Positions 8,939-10,473 of a stretch of 10,473 nucleotides of DNA are shown one piece after another. This DNA is from a virus (taxonomy: Duplodnaviria; Heunggongvirae; Uroviricota; Caudoviricetes): the IMG/VR virus record IMGVR_UViG_2531839584_000010, one strand, 5' to 3'. The notes under the pieces were generated by a model. The model was not told the DNA's origin. It did no database searches and saw only the letters and a program-made list of their open reading frames with translations. Numbering within the stretch: position 1 is the stretch's first letter; each line of letters opens with the position of its first letter. The position numbers were made by a program, and so were the translations under genes.

Positions 8939-9360
8939 ATGTTCCTGAAAACCGAATCATTTGAACATAACGGTGTGACCGTCACGCTTTCTGAACTGTC
9001 AGCCCTGCAGCGTATTGAGCATCTCGCCCTGATGAAACGGCAGGCAGAACAGGCGGAGTCAGACAGCAACCGGAAGTTTACTGTGGAAGACGCCATCAGA
9101 ACCGGCGCGTTTCTGGTGGCGATGTCCCTGTGGCATAACCATCCGAGAAGACAAAGCTGCCTTCCATGAATGAAGCCGTTAAACAGATTGAGCAGGAAGT
9201 GCTTACCACCTGGCCCACGGAGGCAATTTCTCATGCTGAAAACGTGGTGTACCGGCTGTCCGGTATGTATGAGTTTGTGGTGAATGATGCTCCTGAACAG
9301 ACAGAGGACGCCGGGCCTGCAGAGCCTGTTTCTGCGGGAAAGTGTTCGATGGTGAGCTGA
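8939..9360 (+). pseudogene. G: Tail assembly chaperone gpG, net single-base frame loss near 9140-9165
   Basis: ATG 8939 reads [69 protein letters not shown], then RRQSCLP-stop at 9169. The G C-terminus resumes in another frame in ORF 9166-9360 ([64 protein letters not shown]). Confidence 0.8.
9336..9342 (+). promoter_or_regulatory. -1 programmed ribosomal frameshift slippery heptamer G GGA AAG (G to G-T)
   Basis: GGGAAAG at 9336-9342 is phased as G|GGA|AAG in the G C-terminal frame. The -1 frame is open from 9342 to 9776 and encodes T-like sequence. This is the canonical lambda G/GT recoding arrangement. Confidence 0.8.
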
Positions 9361-9776
9361 GTTTTGCCCTGAAACTGGCGCGAGAGATGGGGCGACCCGA
9401 CTGGCGTGCCATGCTTGCCGGGATGTCATCCACGGAGTATGCCGACTGGCACCGCTTTTACAGTACCCATTATTTTCATGATGTTCTGCTGGATATGCAC
9501 TTTTCCGGGCTGACGTACACCGTGCTCAGCCTGTTTTTCAGCGATCCGGATATGCATCCGCTGGATTTCAGTCTGCTGAACCGGCGTGAGGCTGACGAAG
9601 AGCCTGAAGATGATGTGCTGATGCAGAAAGCGGCAGGGCTTGCCGGAGGCGTCCGCTTTGGCCCGGACGGGAATGAAGTTATCCCCGCTTCCCCGGATGT
9701 GGCGGACATGACGGAGGATGACGTAATGCTGATGACAGTATCAGAAGGGATCGCAGGAGGAGTCCGGTATGGCTGA
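9342..9776 (+). CDS. T: T-frame extension of the G-T tail assembly chaperone fusion (reached by -1 frameshift, not an independent gene), frame intact
   Basis: ORF 9342-9776 (.FDGELSFALKLAREMGRPDWRAMLAGMSSTEYADWHRFYSTHYFHDVLLDMHFSGLTYTVLSLFFSDPDMHPLDFSLLNRREADEEPEDDVLMQKAAGLAGGVRFGPDGNEVIPASPDVADMTEDDVMLMTVSEGIAGGVRYG). Stop TGA 9774-9776 overlaps the H start. Confidence 0.85.
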   Translation: MFDGELSFALKLAREMGRPDWRAMLAGMSSTEYADWHRFYSTHYFHDVLLDMHFSGLTYTVLSLFFSDPDMHPLDFSLLNRREADEEPEDDVLMQKAAGLAGGVRFGPDGNEVIPASPDVADMTEDDVMLMTVSEGIAGGVRYG

Positions 9777-10473
9777 ACCGGTAGGCGATCTGGTCGTTGA
9801 TTTGAGTCTGGATGCGGCCAGATTTGACGAGCAGATGGCCAGAGTCAGGCGTCATTTTTCCGGTACGGAAAGTGATGCGAAAAAAACAGCGGCAGTCGTT
9901 GAACAGTCGCTGAGCCGACAGGCGCTGGCTGCACAGAAAGCGGGGATTTCCGTCGGGCAGTACAAAGCCGCCATGCGTATGCTGCCTGCACAGTTCACCG
10001 ACGTGGCCACGCAGCTTGCAGGCGGGCAAAGTCCGTGGCTGATCCTGCTGCAACAGGGGGGGCAGGTTAAGGACTCCTTCGGCGGGATGATCCCCATGTT
10101 CAGGGGGCTTGCCGGTGCGTTCACCCTGCCGATGGTGGGGGCCACCTCGCTGGCGGTAGCGACCGGTGCGCTGGCGTATGCCTGGTATCAGGGCAACTCA
10201 ACCCTGTCCGATTTCAACAAAACGCTGGTCCTTTCCGGCAATCAGGCGGGACTGACGGCAGATCGTATGCTGGTCCTGTCCAGAGCCGGGCAGGCGGCAG
10301 GGCTGACGTTTAACCAGACCAGCGAGTCACTGACGGCGCTGGTGAATGCCGGTGTGCGTGGTGGTGAGCAGTTTGAGGCGATCAGCCAGAGTGTGGCGCG
10401 TTTCTCCTCTGCATCCGGCGTGGAGGTGGACAAGGTCGCTGAAGCCTTCGGGAAGCTGACCACAGACCCGACG
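9769..10473 (+). CDS. H: Tail tape measure protein gpH, N-terminal 235 codons (continues beyond the window)
   Basis: ATG 9769 is preceded by AGGAGGAG. The frame is open to the window end, 705 nt: MAEPVGDLVVDLSLDAARFDEQMARVRRHFSGTESDAKKTAAVVEQSLSRQALAAQKAGISVGQYKAAMRMLPAQFTDVATQLAGGQSPWLILLQQGGQVKDSFGGMIPMFRGLAGAFTLPMVGATSLAVATGALAYAWYQGNSTLSDFNKT... Confidence 0.9.
   Translation, partial: MAEPVGDLVVDLSLDAARFDEQMARVRRHFSGTESDAKKTAAVVEQSLSRQALAAQKAGISVGQYKAAMRMLPAQFTDVATQLAGGQSPWLILLQQGGQVKDSFGGMIPMFRGLAGAFTLPMVGATSLAVATGALAYAWYQGNSTLSDFNKTLVLSGNQAGLTADRMLVLSRAGQAAGLTFNQTSESLTALVNAGVRGGEQFEAISQSVARFSSASGVEVDKVAEAFGKLTTDPT

Noticed and set aside
8521-9429. Long minus-strand ORF of 302 aa antisense to V and G
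   Set aside because: It lies entirely antisense to clearly identified lambda tail genes. It has a low-complexity Ser/Arg/Cys/Pro-rich composition typical of spurious antisense ORFs in GC-rich coding DNA, and no start or SD context supports it.
10040-10065. G7 homopolymer (cagggggggcag) in H, and an A7 run near 9881-9887, as possible slippage or phase-variation tracts
   Set aside because: Both sit in frame within intact H coding sequence encoding Gly-Gly and Lys-Lys. They appear to be ordinary codon runs with no sign of variation in this single sequence.
1-10473. Search for a novel defence, toxin or cargo system, CRISPR array, tRNA or mobile element
   Set aside because: No direct repeat arrays, tRNA-like structures, IS termini or non-lambda ORFs were seen. 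Gene spacing leaves no room for an insertion. The only anomaly is the frame decay described in the findings.

Overview
The whole window is the late (head and tail morphogenesis) operon of a phage lambda-type element, all on the + strand, and I find no evidence of a novel system in it. Gene order is canonical: Nu1 C-terminus, A, W, B, C with nested Nu3, D, E, FI, FII, Z, U, V, G with the G-T frameshift extension, and the start of H. Start/stop overlaps and the G-T slippery heptamer are present, and there is no extra DNA between genes, so no moron, IS element, tRNA or CRISPR array. The striking feature is that about 45% of the window is riddled with small, deletion-biased frameshifts, clustered in blocks that alternate with completely intact blocks. 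As written, A (after codon 503), W, B, C/Nu3, D, E, FII, V and G cannot be translated full length, while Z, U, the T frame and the H start are intact. This is either a defective or mosaic prophage, or indel-type sequence error. Protein identifications rest on the supplied ORF translations compared with lambda proteins recalled from memory; no alignment or database search was run.
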